This document shows positions 16,501 through 23,894 of a stretch of DNA of 30,468 bases, piece after piece. Each line of letters begins with the position of its first letter. Position 1 is the first letter of the stretch. Both the position numbers and the translations under genes were made by a program. The notes beneath the pieces were generated by a model. It was not told the DNA's origin. It ran no database searches and saw only the letters and a list, made by a program, of their open reading frames with translations. Source of the DNA: Eubacteriaceae bacterium (GTDB lineage Bacteria; Bacillota; Clostridia; Eubacteriales; Anaerofustaceae); contig JAFXKY010000043.1 of assembly GCA_017531485.1 (NCBI GenBank), forward strand, positions 1-30,468, in the 5' to 3' direction.

Positions 16501-18643
16501 AACTAAGAAGTGGCATATATCTCCTCGTTCCGAAAATGACCGTTTCTCCATGAACAGTTTTTATTTCCTCATCCTTATGCTCATCAATAAGTGCATCGAG
16601 CTTTGAAAAGAGATATGAAAGCCTTGCATCGGTAATGTCAAACAGCGGATAGTTTTTCTCATCACAAGTGATCTGAGGAATGATCATGATATCATCATCC
16701 GAATAAAGAGCATCTCCCGCATCATCCGAATCGTCATCTCCGAAGAGCTCGCTGACGATGATCTTTTCTCCGTCTGTGAGAGAAGGTCTTTCATTGATGA
16801 GTCTCTTTCCCTCATTGACTGCTTCCTCATATTTTTCTTCTTCAATGAGATATTTCAGTATATCAAGTCCGCCAAGGCGCGCCTCTTCCTTTTTATCCTT
16901 CAAAAGCAAATTCAACGAACGTATCATTCCCTTTTCATCCTGCGTTTTCAGAAGTGAGATCACATCAAGACGCACATCAGCACTTTTAAGCCTGAGGTGA
17001 GAGCAGATCAGATCGTATTCTTCGGGGCTGAACTCCATTTTCTGAGCGCACCTGAATGCATAACTCTGTGTTAAAGAATCTCTGTCGGCAATTGCATTTA
17101 TAAGGCTTCGGCGGCGAAGCGGAGTATCCGTTTCGAAAAATACATATCTCGCCATAGACTGTCTGCCACGACCGGAGCCGTCTGCGTCTTTCAGCCTTGC
17201 AGACATTTCATCAAGAAGATCATCATCCTTCAGCGCGCATGCAATGGCGCTGATCCTTACAAGGAGATCGGAACGGCTTATCTCCTCTGTATTCCACGGG
17301 AAAATATAGCCTTCATATTTATATTTCTTCTTGTCCATACTTTCAAGGAGCCTTCTGAGAACGTCAAGATGTCTGCGGGCAGTCTTTTCATCGTCAAACC
17401 ACTCGCTTATCTTTACCCGCTCCGGCACTAACTTTCCGTCCTTATCCTGTCTCATAAGCGATGCCTTTCCATAAACGTCCGGCATATACGTACCGATAAG
17501 CCCTGCGGCGAGGTATATGTCCATATCTTCGCTTTCCATAAGTGCATATGAATATTTCGCCTGAACAGACGGAAGCTGAATGCTCTTGTTATAATATGCT
17601 CCGACAAGCTTCTGCTGAAGGTTTCCTTCCTTTGCGAAACGCATCATCGCTTCTACCGCATCATCCACATCATTAACGCCCAGCGCCCACAGACCTGTAA
17701 GGATCTTCACTGTATCCGTGCCGTCAAGCATCTCATACGCCTTTTGTCTGTCTCCGAGAGCTTCTGCCATGAGCCTGAATGTCTTGTCGGATGATCTGGT
17801 GAGGTTGTCGGGATCAAGAATACCGATCCATGTGGCAACCGCCCTGCGCACGGAAGAATATCTCAATAGGTCGTTTTTGTCTATCACATCGAATATTACC
17901 ATAAATGCTTCGTGCGTTCCGCAGTCTGCATTTTCGCATATCGCCTGCCTGAGCCCTTCCTGCAAACGGGCAGCAAGAAGAAGTTTTCCGAGAAGCTCAT
18001 GCAGATCCTTGTCGCTGCTTCGGATTATTCCGCATATCATATATGTAGTGAGAAACGCAGTATTGTTTTCGCCGTTGATTATTTCCGTCAGGGTATCTTT
18101 CAACAAAGAATCCCCTGCATCAATGTGTGCCGCAATGAGGTCTGCAAGCATCGAAACACCCATAACGGAATTTGTATACAGGATCCTGCTTTTTTCGCTG
18201 AAATTCTTCGTCATATACTCCGAAAGTGAGCAGCGGTATGCCCTGAAACGATATGCGCTGTTTATCAGAACAATTATTTTTTTCACGGCATTTACATATT
18301 CTCCCGTTCTTACGACCCTTCTCCATTCGCCGGTCGTGTAAGGAAATTTATTGAGTTTATCAAAATACTTATACAGTATCTCCGCCTCATCTTCTCCTCC
18401 AAGGCAGTATTCAATCACATCCCCGTATCTTTCGCGGAAAAACTTCCCCGGAGCATCTCCCGAAGAACTGAATTTTTTCTCCATATCAACAAGCAGTTTC
18501 TGTTCTTCTTCCGTCAGATTGCGGAAGTTCTTGGTAAACAAATTAAACAGCCCGACAAACCTTCCGTCTTTTGTTTCATCCGGCTTGGTTGAATCAATAA
18601 ATTCGTTATATACCTGTTTTGCATCTGCGTTGAAAAATTCCAT
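13538..18643 (-). CDS. very large (1701-aa) cytoplasmic protein of unknown function; no signal peptide, no Walker A/P-loop; His-rich C-terminal segment; tentatively DUF4132/MolR-YehI-like (unverified)
   Basis: The ORF starts MEFFNADAKQVYNEFI with RBS GGAGGAATT 5 nt upstream. Its start lies 9 nt after the stop of the 147-aa gene (..TGG TAA GGAGGAATT ATG), so the two are translationally coupled. Scanning for GxxxxGK[ST] found nothing. The C-terminus, KGSHAFIKGHHGEYTVHLGSGVVHMSGVHQLNVLPVHSQH, has 8 His in 40 aa. Confidence 0.8.
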   Translation of the reverse strand: MEFFNADAKQVYNEFIDSTKPDETKDGRFVGLFNLFTKNFRNLTEEEQKLLVDMEKKFSSSGDAPGKFFRERYGDVIEYCLGGEDEAEILYKYFDKLNKFPYTTGEWRRVVRTGEYVNAVKKIIVLINSAYRFRAYRCSLSEYMTKNFSEKSRILYTNSVMGVSMLADLIAAHIDAGDSLLKDTLTEIINGENNTAFLTTYMICGIIRSSDKDLHELLGKLLLAARLQEGLRQAICENADCGTHEAFMVIFDVIDKNDLLRYSSVRRAVATWIGILDPDNLTRSSDKTFRLMAEALGDRQKAYEMLDGTDTVKILTGLWALGVNDVDDAVEAMMRFAKEGNLQQKLVGAYYNKSIQLPSVQAKYSYALMESEDMDIYLAAGLIGTYMPDVYGKASLMRQDKDGKLVPERVKISEWFDDEKTARRHLDVLRRLLESMDKKKYKYEGYIFPWNTEEISRSDLLVRISAIACALKDDDLLDEMSARLKDADGSGRGRQSMARYVFFETDTPLRRRSLINAIADRDSLTQSYAFRCAQKMEFSPEEYDLICSHLRLKSADVRLDVISLLKTQDEKGMIRSLNLLLKDKKEEARLGGLDILKYLIEEEKYEEAVNEGKRLINERPSLTDGEKIIVSELFGDDDSDDAGDALYSDDDIMIIPQITCDEKNYPLFDITDARLSYLFSKLDALIDEHKDEEIKTVHGETVIFGTRRYMPLLSFRGEPEDVVPLWEVWKGFFENEINGHSELLAMQKSMLGYGSFSSVREGVPDDYIGFSKETAKRIFGKDVVEFDGTKYKYGGTGEKNGMFFAYDGLIKAVVDKLVEVYCPKEYLIDVGTKVVEYLCCNVPDDKVAVEVSGVITSGEPYRASFIVSAIFQQTLMQMGDMAITKENFRDRFMVMYNLDQKFFMPLYNNYGWMSTFNKLVPNGLALILAAYYGMISMPQMYKAIFDNKRLRSNVQSIFYIYSAEKRVWVKRELERYGIDNDEEMKKFIVDVADKVASEIVSVECKRSDSPTEYSKAVTAIEYFCGAKYLVDLIKSLGNDKLSRSVYGYSSGSSRKDALSHLISVCHPAEDDSAEKLGELLKGSSISTVRLIEVAMYAPQWIDIIEEYLGFDGMKSGAYYFMAHMNDQYSTDERKYATIARFTPLDKTELQNGAFDIQWFEDAYSVLGEERFSMLYDAAKYICDGSKHSRARKYADAVLGKVSISDLEKEISEKRNKDLLMSYPLVPLRDKEDMLRRYEFIQKFRKESTAFGAQRRASESLASDMALRNLATRAGFKDVTRLTLVMESALTESLSGYFEWHILDDGKDVVEAAIDFSSGRPDVAVRKNGKIMASVPSAYKKHSYITELKDAVKKFREQYSRSVRMFELSMEEREIYTVEEITSLYNNPIVRPVVENLVFINDETGVLGIVYPGECASLVDVNGEVIEMPMQSPVRVAHPYDMFRSGCLAGWQKVFFTKQKDRGTRQPFRQVFRELYVKLDEELDMTYSRMFAAHQIQPTKAAALLKNRRWVIDHETGPEKVFYKDNIAVNMYALADWFSPSDIEAPTLEYVCFSDRKSYKEIPLRDVPDIVYSEAMRDVDLIVSVAHAGGVDPEASHSTVEMRRVIVENNIDLFGLENVTVKGSHAFIKGHHGEYTVHLGSGVVHMSGVHQLNVLPVHSQHRGKIFLPFVDDDPKTAEIVSKIILFAEDKKIKDPYILQQMK

Positions 18644-18652
18644 AATTCCTCC

Positions 18653-19096
18653 TTACCACATCCGCCCTGCAAGCATTGTGAGCATGACGAACGTAAATGT
18701 TTCCCCGCCTGCAAGCGAGAGTTCTTCATCTATATCTTCATATCGCTTTGAGTCAATAAACACGGCAACGATGCCATCATTAAAAGCGTCCTTTGCAGTC
18801 TTCACGGCTTTCTCCTCTGACACCCCGGAAAACATTTTAAGCATCCCGAAACCGACTTTGCCTGTTGATGCTTTGTCGCGGATGTCGTCTTCATCCATAA
18901 TGAGAACGTCGCTCAGATCTCCTTCTGCGAACGACGCGCTCTTTGTCAGCTTGTCGTTGTATGAATTAAGCGTTGCCCTCACCGTGTACGCAATAAGCTC
19001 CCCCACCGTCTTCGGATTGCATTCCAGAATAAGCTTTCCTTTGACCACCTTATTTTCTTTTTTTCCCGCCTTTTTAAGCTGAACAAAAAACTGCAT
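18653..19096 (-). CDS. 147-aa cytoplasmic protein of unknown function, first gene of a two-gene operon with the 1701-aa protein
   Basis: The ORF starts MQFFVQLKKAGKKENK with RBS ACGGAGGACGTC-ATG. It has no TM segments, and I recognise no family. Confidence 0.7.
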   Translation of the reverse strand: MQFFVQLKKAGKKENKVVKGKLILECNPKTVGELIAYTVRATLNSYNDKLTKSASFAEGDLSDVLIMDEDDIRDKASTGKVGFGMLKMFSGVSEEKAVKTAKDAFNDGIVAVFIDSKRYEDIDEELSLAGGETFTFVMLTMLAGRMW

Positions 19097-19213
19097 GACG
19101 TCCTCCGTTGTGTTTTATATATGTCATAACATCAGTATATCTTTTTTATCAGAAGATTACAATATTCCGATTGAAATGTATGCATTTTTTACGATAATAT
19201 CAATTTGCCTACA

Positions 19214-19256
19214 TAAAAAATCCCCCTCACGCAATATTGCGGGAAGGGGATTTCAA
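19214..19256 (-). terminator. rho-independent terminator after gene 19339..19848 (minus-strand reading AAATCCCCTTCCCGC-AATATT-GCGTGAGGGGGATTTTTTATG)
   Basis: A ~13/15-bp stem with a 6-nt loop is followed by T6. It separates the upstream small-membrane-protein genes from the 147-aa/1701-aa operon. Confidence 0.65.
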
Positions 19257-19338
19257 GCTAAGTACCAAACATATTAAAACTAAACACACTTATGATTTCT
19301 TTTCCTGTTGACCGTACTGCTTTACCTCGCAATGGCTA

Positions 19339-19848
19339 TTAATCTGCCCGGTGAAGATCAAAAATAAACATAGAACGTTCACCATGCGTGATCTTAACAA
19401 CATTTCCAATTTTTAAATCATCGTCAAAAGAATATAACGGCTCTTGACTACTGTAAACTATTGAATACATGCCATCGTCTATACATATGTCGATACGGTC
19501 TTTTTCTTGTCTTTCTATGTCGTCGATAACCCCGACTTTCTCAACAGTAATGTCATTTTTGCATTCGTAATAAGCCAATGTTACAGGATATGCGCTCAAA
19601 TACACAAAGAAGTATAGCCAAAAGCTCACCAAACAATAACAAGCAAGAATGCACAATGTTTTTCTTAATTTGCTACGAGCATATTTTTTCACTAATCCCT
19701 TTGAGAACAATAATATCCAAATTCCCATAAATATAGCTGCAAATACATGTGCATGGCACGATGTCTTGAGTAATTCTTCCATGTTTACACCTAACTTGTT
19801 TTCCGTGAAGAGCAATTCATAAAACAGTAGTCCGCATTGAAAAATCAT
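19339..19848 (-). CDS. small membrane protein (2 TM + ~90-aa C-terminal domain), unknown function
   Basis: 169-aa ORF with RBS GGAGATAGAA-ATG. Hydrophobic segments: HAHVFAAIFMGIWILLF and LCILACYCLVSFWLYFFVYL. An alternative start at MEELLKTS is preceded by TAGGTG. Confidence 0.6.
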   Translation of the reverse strand: MIFQCGLLFYELLFTENKLGVNMEELLKTSCHAHVFAAIFMGIWILLFSKGLVKKYARSKLRKTLCILACYCLVSFWLYFFVYLSAYPVTLAYYECKNDITVEKVGVIDDIERQEKDRIDICIDDGMYSIVYSSQEPLYSFDDDLKIGNVVKITHGERSMFIFDLHRAD

Positions 19849-19928
19849 TTCTATCTCCGGGCATATAAAAATAATCTGTCATCGATTTATTTGACATATT
19901 ATACTCAGGAACTGTTGATCAACAAAAA

Positions 19929-20339
19929 TTACTCTACAATTCTTATATTTATCTCCGGCAACCCTCTGTCACTCTTTTGATTTTTACCGGAATATTCTCC
20001 GACAAAAACAACATCAAACGATTCCGATGAATCCGGAGGAAGAACAAATTCCATTTTCGAGCCATCTGCATATGATGCTGTTATCTCCTCATTCTTCAAT
20101 AGTCCGATAGTTACATCATCAGGTAAATTTGCGGAAAGATTAATTGTCTTTTCAACATCAAACGTATTTACCAACGTAATACAGCACTCGATAAACACTT
20201 TTTCGTCTTCCACTTTAAAGTCAGAGTAATAACTCTTTTCTTTGTCAACATAAATTTTGTCATTGATGTTCCAGGATACAAGCAATATAAGAATCAATAT
20301 TCCCATCAAAGGAATAATCATCGCACATACTTTTTTCAT
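19929..20339 (-). CDS. small membrane-anchored protein (N-terminal TM/signal anchor + ~110-aa domain), unknown function
   Basis: The ORF track starts at 20363. The internal ATG (MKKVCAMIIPLMGILILILLVSW) is preceded by GGAAAGATAGGGG and is the likelier start. Confidence 0.55.
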   Translation of the reverse strand: MKKVCAMIIPLMGILILILLVSWNINDKIYVDKEKSYYSDFKVEDEKVFIECCITLVNTFDVEKTINLSANLPDDVTIGLLKNEEITASYADGSKMEFVLPPDSSESFDVVFVGEYSGKNQKSDRGLPEINIRIVE

Positions 20340-20477
20340 AATGCCCCTATCTTTCCACCCCATTCATTCCAACATAATTATCCAGTCCCGGTTGTAGTTA
20401 TCACTTTATCCGAGCTACATTGTCATGTTCGGATGTACATAACACACGACGCAAATCTATCAAACATTCCGATTATA

Positions 20478-21053
20478 TTAACGGTACACATGATCAAAAA
20501 TTATCGCTTCAACCTTACTTTTCAATTCACTCTCACTGGATTTGTCCGGTGAGAAATGAAAGAACATCGTTCCGTTATCACCGGAAAGGGACATGTAATG
20601 CCCCCCGAGATCTCTGTTTTCATTAATATACAGCTTACCATAATTTCCGTGTAACAGACTGTGCAGGAGATCGCAATGAATAGTTGAAACATCCGAGTTC
20701 AATATTTGGCTGAGAAATTCTTCTTTACTCATAAATGAACCACTACTTCCAATCAGTCCTCCGACACCAATCATCTCTCCGTCCTGAAAAATCTGCATGG
20801 TTTCATCTTCCAATGTCAGATTCCATTCTGCAGGAAGAATTATCGATCCATATTCTGTAACCTCAGTATGCCATCCTTCAAAATCGCTGTCAACATAAGG
20901 ATTATCCAGTTTTTTCGCGTAAATCACATCTTCGTAAGCGACAGCATAAAATCCGATGCCCATGTAAACAACCCACGAAAAAACGAGCATACCGATAATC
21001 GCAATAAAAGCTTTTGTCAACCTGCAACTTAAAGATCTTCCTTCTCCACTCAT
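20478..21053 (-). CDS. small membrane-anchored protein (1 TM + ~150-aa domain), unknown function
   Basis: 191-aa ORF with strong RBS GGAGGTAAGTAA-ATG and TM segment FIAIIGMLVFSWVVYMGIGFYAVA. The conserved promoter copy 2 lies about 140 nt upstream. Confidence 0.65.
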   Translation of the reverse strand: MSGEGRSLSCRLTKAFIAIIGMLVFSWVVYMGIGFYAVAYEDVIYAKKLDNPYVDSDFEGWHTEVTEYGSIILPAEWNLTLEDETMQIFQDGEMIGVGGLIGSSGSFMSKEEFLSQILNSDVSTIHCDLLHSLLHGNYGKLYINENRDLGGHYMSLSGDNGTMFFHFSPDKSSESELKSKVEAIIFDHVYR

Positions 21054-21200
21054 TTACTTACCTCCAAACCATCTCCGTCAGATACGATCGGTGTTTTATC
21101 GGCCGTCACCATGAAAGTATCATTTATATCCAAAACGATATTATATACATGTCAATCAAGATAACGACATCTTTATGTGTTTACACTATATTTTAAAATA

Positions 21201-21229
21201 ACAATACCACACCCCGACACGTATTTCAA
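21201..21229 (-). promoter_or_regulatory. copy 2 of the duplicated promoter module (TTGAAA-TACGTGTCGGGGTGTGG-TATTGT), upstream of gene 20478..21053 and overlapping the stop codon of gene 21226..21795
   Basis: 32 of 35 nt are identical to the element at 13388-13416. Flanking sequence is not conserved. Confidence 0.5.
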
Positions 21230-21795
21230 TCTATCGCCAACATATTTCCGTCCGCACAAATCTCATATTCGTCAGAAAATCCGTCAACATATCCGAAATG
21301 CGACATTTCTCCGAGCTTGTAAAATTCATTTCCGTAAGCATCGCTCAGATTTCCGATATTTCCTTTAATGTCATGCAGGATAATATAATGATCCTGCGTA
21401 TCCTTATATCTGAAGACTTCAACGACTGCATCTTCCGAAACCGAGTTGTGAACCTTCTTCAGATCCGTTCCCATTCCAAGCCTCCAACCATCCGGTGACT
21501 TTGAAAAAGCGCAATATACATAATCCCCCGTCTTCGGATCTTCTCCCACAACAAGGTCTGATACGCTTCCGTTCACAACAAGCACGACTTCTTCACGTTT
21601 TTTGTATTCAAACGCATCTTCAGCACTGTCAAATGTCATAAAAAGATTTTCAAACGGAACCATACACAGCAGAGTGCTCAGAATAATCACACATACAAAC
21701 GTCAGAAATCTGTTTTGCAGTTTTCCACTTTTTATTAAAAACAGCGCAATCATAAACAATACAGATATGATCATCATCCTTATAATAATATACAT
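21226..21795 (-). CDS. small membrane protein (2 N-terminal TM + ~130-aa domain), unknown function
   Basis: 189-aa ORF with RBS GGAGGGGAAAG-ATG. TM segments: IIRMMIISVLFMIALFLI and FLTFVCVIILSTLLCMV. It has its own upstream region (21796-21871) with an extended -10-like TGTAAAAT. Confidence 0.65.
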   Translation of the reverse strand: MYIIIRMMIISVLFMIALFLIKSGKLQNRFLTFVCVIILSTLLCMVPFENLFMTFDSAEDAFEYKKREEVVLVVNGSVSDLVVGEDPKTGDYVYCAFSKSPDGWRLGMGTDLKKVHNSVSEDAVVEVFRYKDTQDHYIILHDIKGNIGNLSDAYGNEFYKLGEMSHFGYVDGFSDEYEICADGNMLAID

Positions 21796-21871
21796 CTTTC
21801 CCCTCCGCAGTCTCCTCCGTTAGTTATGTATTTATTTTACAATACAGTATATTAAAAGTCCATACGCTACA

Positions 21872-21900
21872 ACCGAAAAAGCCACGACAAAGTCGTGGCC
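21872..21900 (-). terminator. strong rho-independent terminator ending the SPFH/TPM operon (minus strand: GCCACGAC-TTT-GTCGTGGC-TTTTTCGG)
   Basis: A perfect 8-bp GC-rich stem with a 3-nt loop and U5 tract, 22 nt after the TPM gene stop. Confidence 0.75.
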
Positions 21901-21921
21901 ATATAAATTATATTATTTATC

Positions 21922-22746
21922 TCAGAATTTTCCTCCGCCACCGCCGTGACTGCGGCCTGAAGAAGATGTGTGAGTGCTTGAACCGCCTGAAGAAGATTCC
22001 TCCGGCTTTGCACTTCTTGAAGTGTGGGATGTAATAAAGAAATCCCTCGCATAGTTTACGTTCATGCTTCCCGGAACGATATAATCGCCTGAAGCGGCTT
22101 TCATATGAACGCTCTTGAGCTGACCTTTGAGGATGCTCATCACGATAAATGCGACAACAACGCCGATAACGACTGAAATCACAAGGCTCGTCTTTACATT
22201 AAACGGCTCCTTCGGTATATCTTCCACATCAAACGGGTCGCCGTTTTCCGCAAGAGTGATGAATTCATCGCAGTAGTCAGCGAAAGTATCAAATGCGCCG
22301 TAAAAATCTCCGTCGCTCATGTAGGTAACGATATTTTCTCCGATGTACTCAATTCCCGCATCTGTGAAAGCTGTGATACCATATCCGCATGTCGAGATCC
22401 ACCAGTCGGAATATTCCATGCTAACGAGAAGGATAACTCCGTCAAAGTTTTCGCCGAAACCATATCCGTTATAATCAAAATAGTCATCCGCATATTCCAT
22501 AGGTGTTTTTTCTCCCGTAGAATCCACGGTCACGACAACCACATCCACAAGATGCTCCTGACTTATTCCGTCAAGAGTTGCCATAAGCATACTTTCTTCG
22601 TCGTCCGTAAGAAGATCCGCTTCATCCACGACCCTTGCAGGATGAGCAGACGGTCCGGGAGCTATGAGAAGAACATCTTCAGCAAAGACACCTGTGAGTG
22701 AAAATACCATAAGGAGGCAGATCATCATTGACAATACTTTTTTCAT
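21922..22746 (-). CDS. TPM-domain (TLP18.3/Psb32/MOLO-1; YgcG-like) membrane protein: signal peptide, TPM domain, C-terminal TM helix and Gly/Ser-rich tail
   Basis: MKKVLSMMICLLMVFSLTGVFA, then VVDEADLLTDDEESMLMATLDGISQEHLVDVVVVTVDSTGEKTPMEYADDYF...DGVILLVSMEYSDWWISTCGYG, which matches the TPM signature. The TM segment is LVISVVIGVVVAFIVMSIL. The tail ends ..GRSHGGGGGKF. RBS GGAGGG. Confidence 0.8.
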   Translation of the reverse strand: MKKVLSMMICLLMVFSLTGVFAEDVLLIAPGPSAHPARVVDEADLLTDDEESMLMATLDGISQEHLVDVVVVTVDSTGEKTPMEYADDYFDYNGYGFGENFDGVILLVSMEYSDWWISTCGYGITAFTDAGIEYIGENIVTYMSDGDFYGAFDTFADYCDEFITLAENGDPFDVEDIPKEPFNVKTSLVISVVIGVVVAFIVMSILKGQLKSVHMKAASGDYIVPGSMNVNYARDFFITSHTSRSAKPEESSSGGSSTHTSSSGRSHGGGGGKF

Positions 22747-22755
22747 TTTTCCCTC

Positions 22756-23835
22756 CTAATATAAAAGATACTGCACAGCAAACGCAACGACTGAAACGAT
22801 CGCCGAAAGACCTGCGAAATACTTCGTGTAAAGTCCCTTATCCATGGGAAGATCACCTACGAATTTTCCCGTCTGTCCGTTCATGGCAAAGGTGTATTTT
22901 TCGCCTGCGTATGTAGTGTTGAGGATCCATACGGGATAAAGCGCATATTTTGCCCTTCCGTTCTGAAGCCTTATTGACGACATATCCGCATTCACCGTCG
23001 CATATCCTACGACCGTTGAACGGAACTCATCCATTACGCTCTGACGGATCCTTTCGTTTGCCCTCTCAACGCTCTGAACATCGTCGATGTCGTATTTGTC
23101 AGCGAGATATCCTGCAAGATATGCCGTGTTGAAATCCACAGCTTCCGAAATGTCAAACGGTTCAACAGACTCCATGAGTTCGTCGGCCATTTTGCTTGAA
23201 CCGTCAACGGGAACCGCATAGAACGAGAGATTTCCTCCGCGATATACATTATAATAACTCGTTTCCGTGTAATCATAATCATCATCGCTCCATGATCTTA
23301 CTCTCGTCGCGTTATAACGCACATCTGCCTGAGCATCAGCATCAAACAGCCAGAACGGAACATAGATTCCTTTTATCTCATCAATATGATTCTTATCTTT
23401 GAATATCTTCGGAAGAAGTGCCTTGCCGCCATAATGATTCATAAGGGCTTCTTTCGCGGCTTTTTTATCAAATTTGAACGGGATGACATAATCCGGCTTG
23501 AGAGAACCGCTGAACTGACCCTTCATCACAACGGGATTGTCGCAATAAGGACAGCTTGTTGCGGCTGTTGTGCTGTCGCCGACGATCTCACCGCCGCATG
23601 ACTTACATACATATGTAACAAGGCCGTCTGCCTCACCATCTTCCCAGTCTCTTCCTGCGGAAACTTCCCATGTCATACTTTCTTCAGGAAAGCTTTCCGG
23701 CTGTTCGTCACCTGTATCAAACATTGAAATTTCATATTCCGAATCGCAATACGGGCACTTGAGCTTCTGAATATCGCTGTTGAATTCCAGAGCTCCGCCG
23801 CAACTCGGACATTTATATTCCTGTAATCCTGACAT
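22756..23835 (-). CDS. double zinc-ribbon protein with central domain of unknown function and C-terminal TM anchor (B. subtilis YdjG-like architecture)
   Basis: The 359-aa ORF has an N-terminal ribbon CPSCGGALEF..CPYCDSEY, a second ribbon CKSCGGEIVG..CPYCDNPV, and a C-terminal hydrophobic helix FAGLSAIVSVVAFAVQYLLY. RBS AGGGAGGG. Confidence 0.7.
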   Translation of the reverse strand: MSGLQEYKCPSCGGALEFNSDIQKLKCPYCDSEYEISMFDTGDEQPESFPEESMTWEVSAGRDWEDGEADGLVTYVCKSCGGEIVGDSTTAATSCPYCDNPVVMKGQFSGSLKPDYVIPFKFDKKAAKEALMNHYGGKALLPKIFKDKNHIDEIKGIYVPFWLFDADAQADVRYNATRVRSWSDDDYDYTETSYYNVYRGGNLSFYAVPVDGSSKMADELMESVEPFDISEAVDFNTAYLAGYLADKYDIDDVQSVERANERIRQSVMDEFRSTVVGYATVNADMSSIRLQNGRAKYALYPVWILNTTYAGEKYTFAMNGQTGKFVGDLPMDKGLYTKYFAGLSAIVSVVAFAVQYLLY

Positions 23836-23860
23836 TTTCCCTCCCTAATTTAAAGCAAGA

Positions 23861-23886
23861 TTACTCCCGGTAAAAGCCGGGAGTAA
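23861..23886 (-). other. intra-operon perfect stem-loop (TTACTCCCGG-taaaag-CCGGGAGTAA) between the DUF4428 gene and the double-zinc-ribbon gene; possible partial terminator or attenuator
   Basis: A 10-bp perfect inverted repeat read directly. On the minus strand it is followed by TCTTGCTTTAAATT, then the RBS. Confidence 0.5.
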
Positions 23887-23894
23887 TAAAAGAT

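Noticed and set aside
13538-18643. ATPase/NTPase or nuclease assignment for the 1701-aa protein
   Set aside because: Scanning the translation found no GxxxxGK[ST] Walker A, and I recognised no HNH or other nuclease signature. The single R-x4-H match (RWVIDH) is too short to call HEPN.
17718-19082. Long plus-strand ORFs 17718..18341 (207 aa) and 18351..19082 (243 aa)
   Set aside because: They are antisense to the 147-aa and 1701-aa genes. The translations are Ser/Pro-rich low-complexity sequence, and there are no upstream RBSs or promoters.
21867-22052. 61-aa ORF overlapping the TPM gene 3' end and the terminator
   Set aside because: It sits within and out of frame with a well-supported gene and spans the terminator hairpin. 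I treat it as a spurious call.
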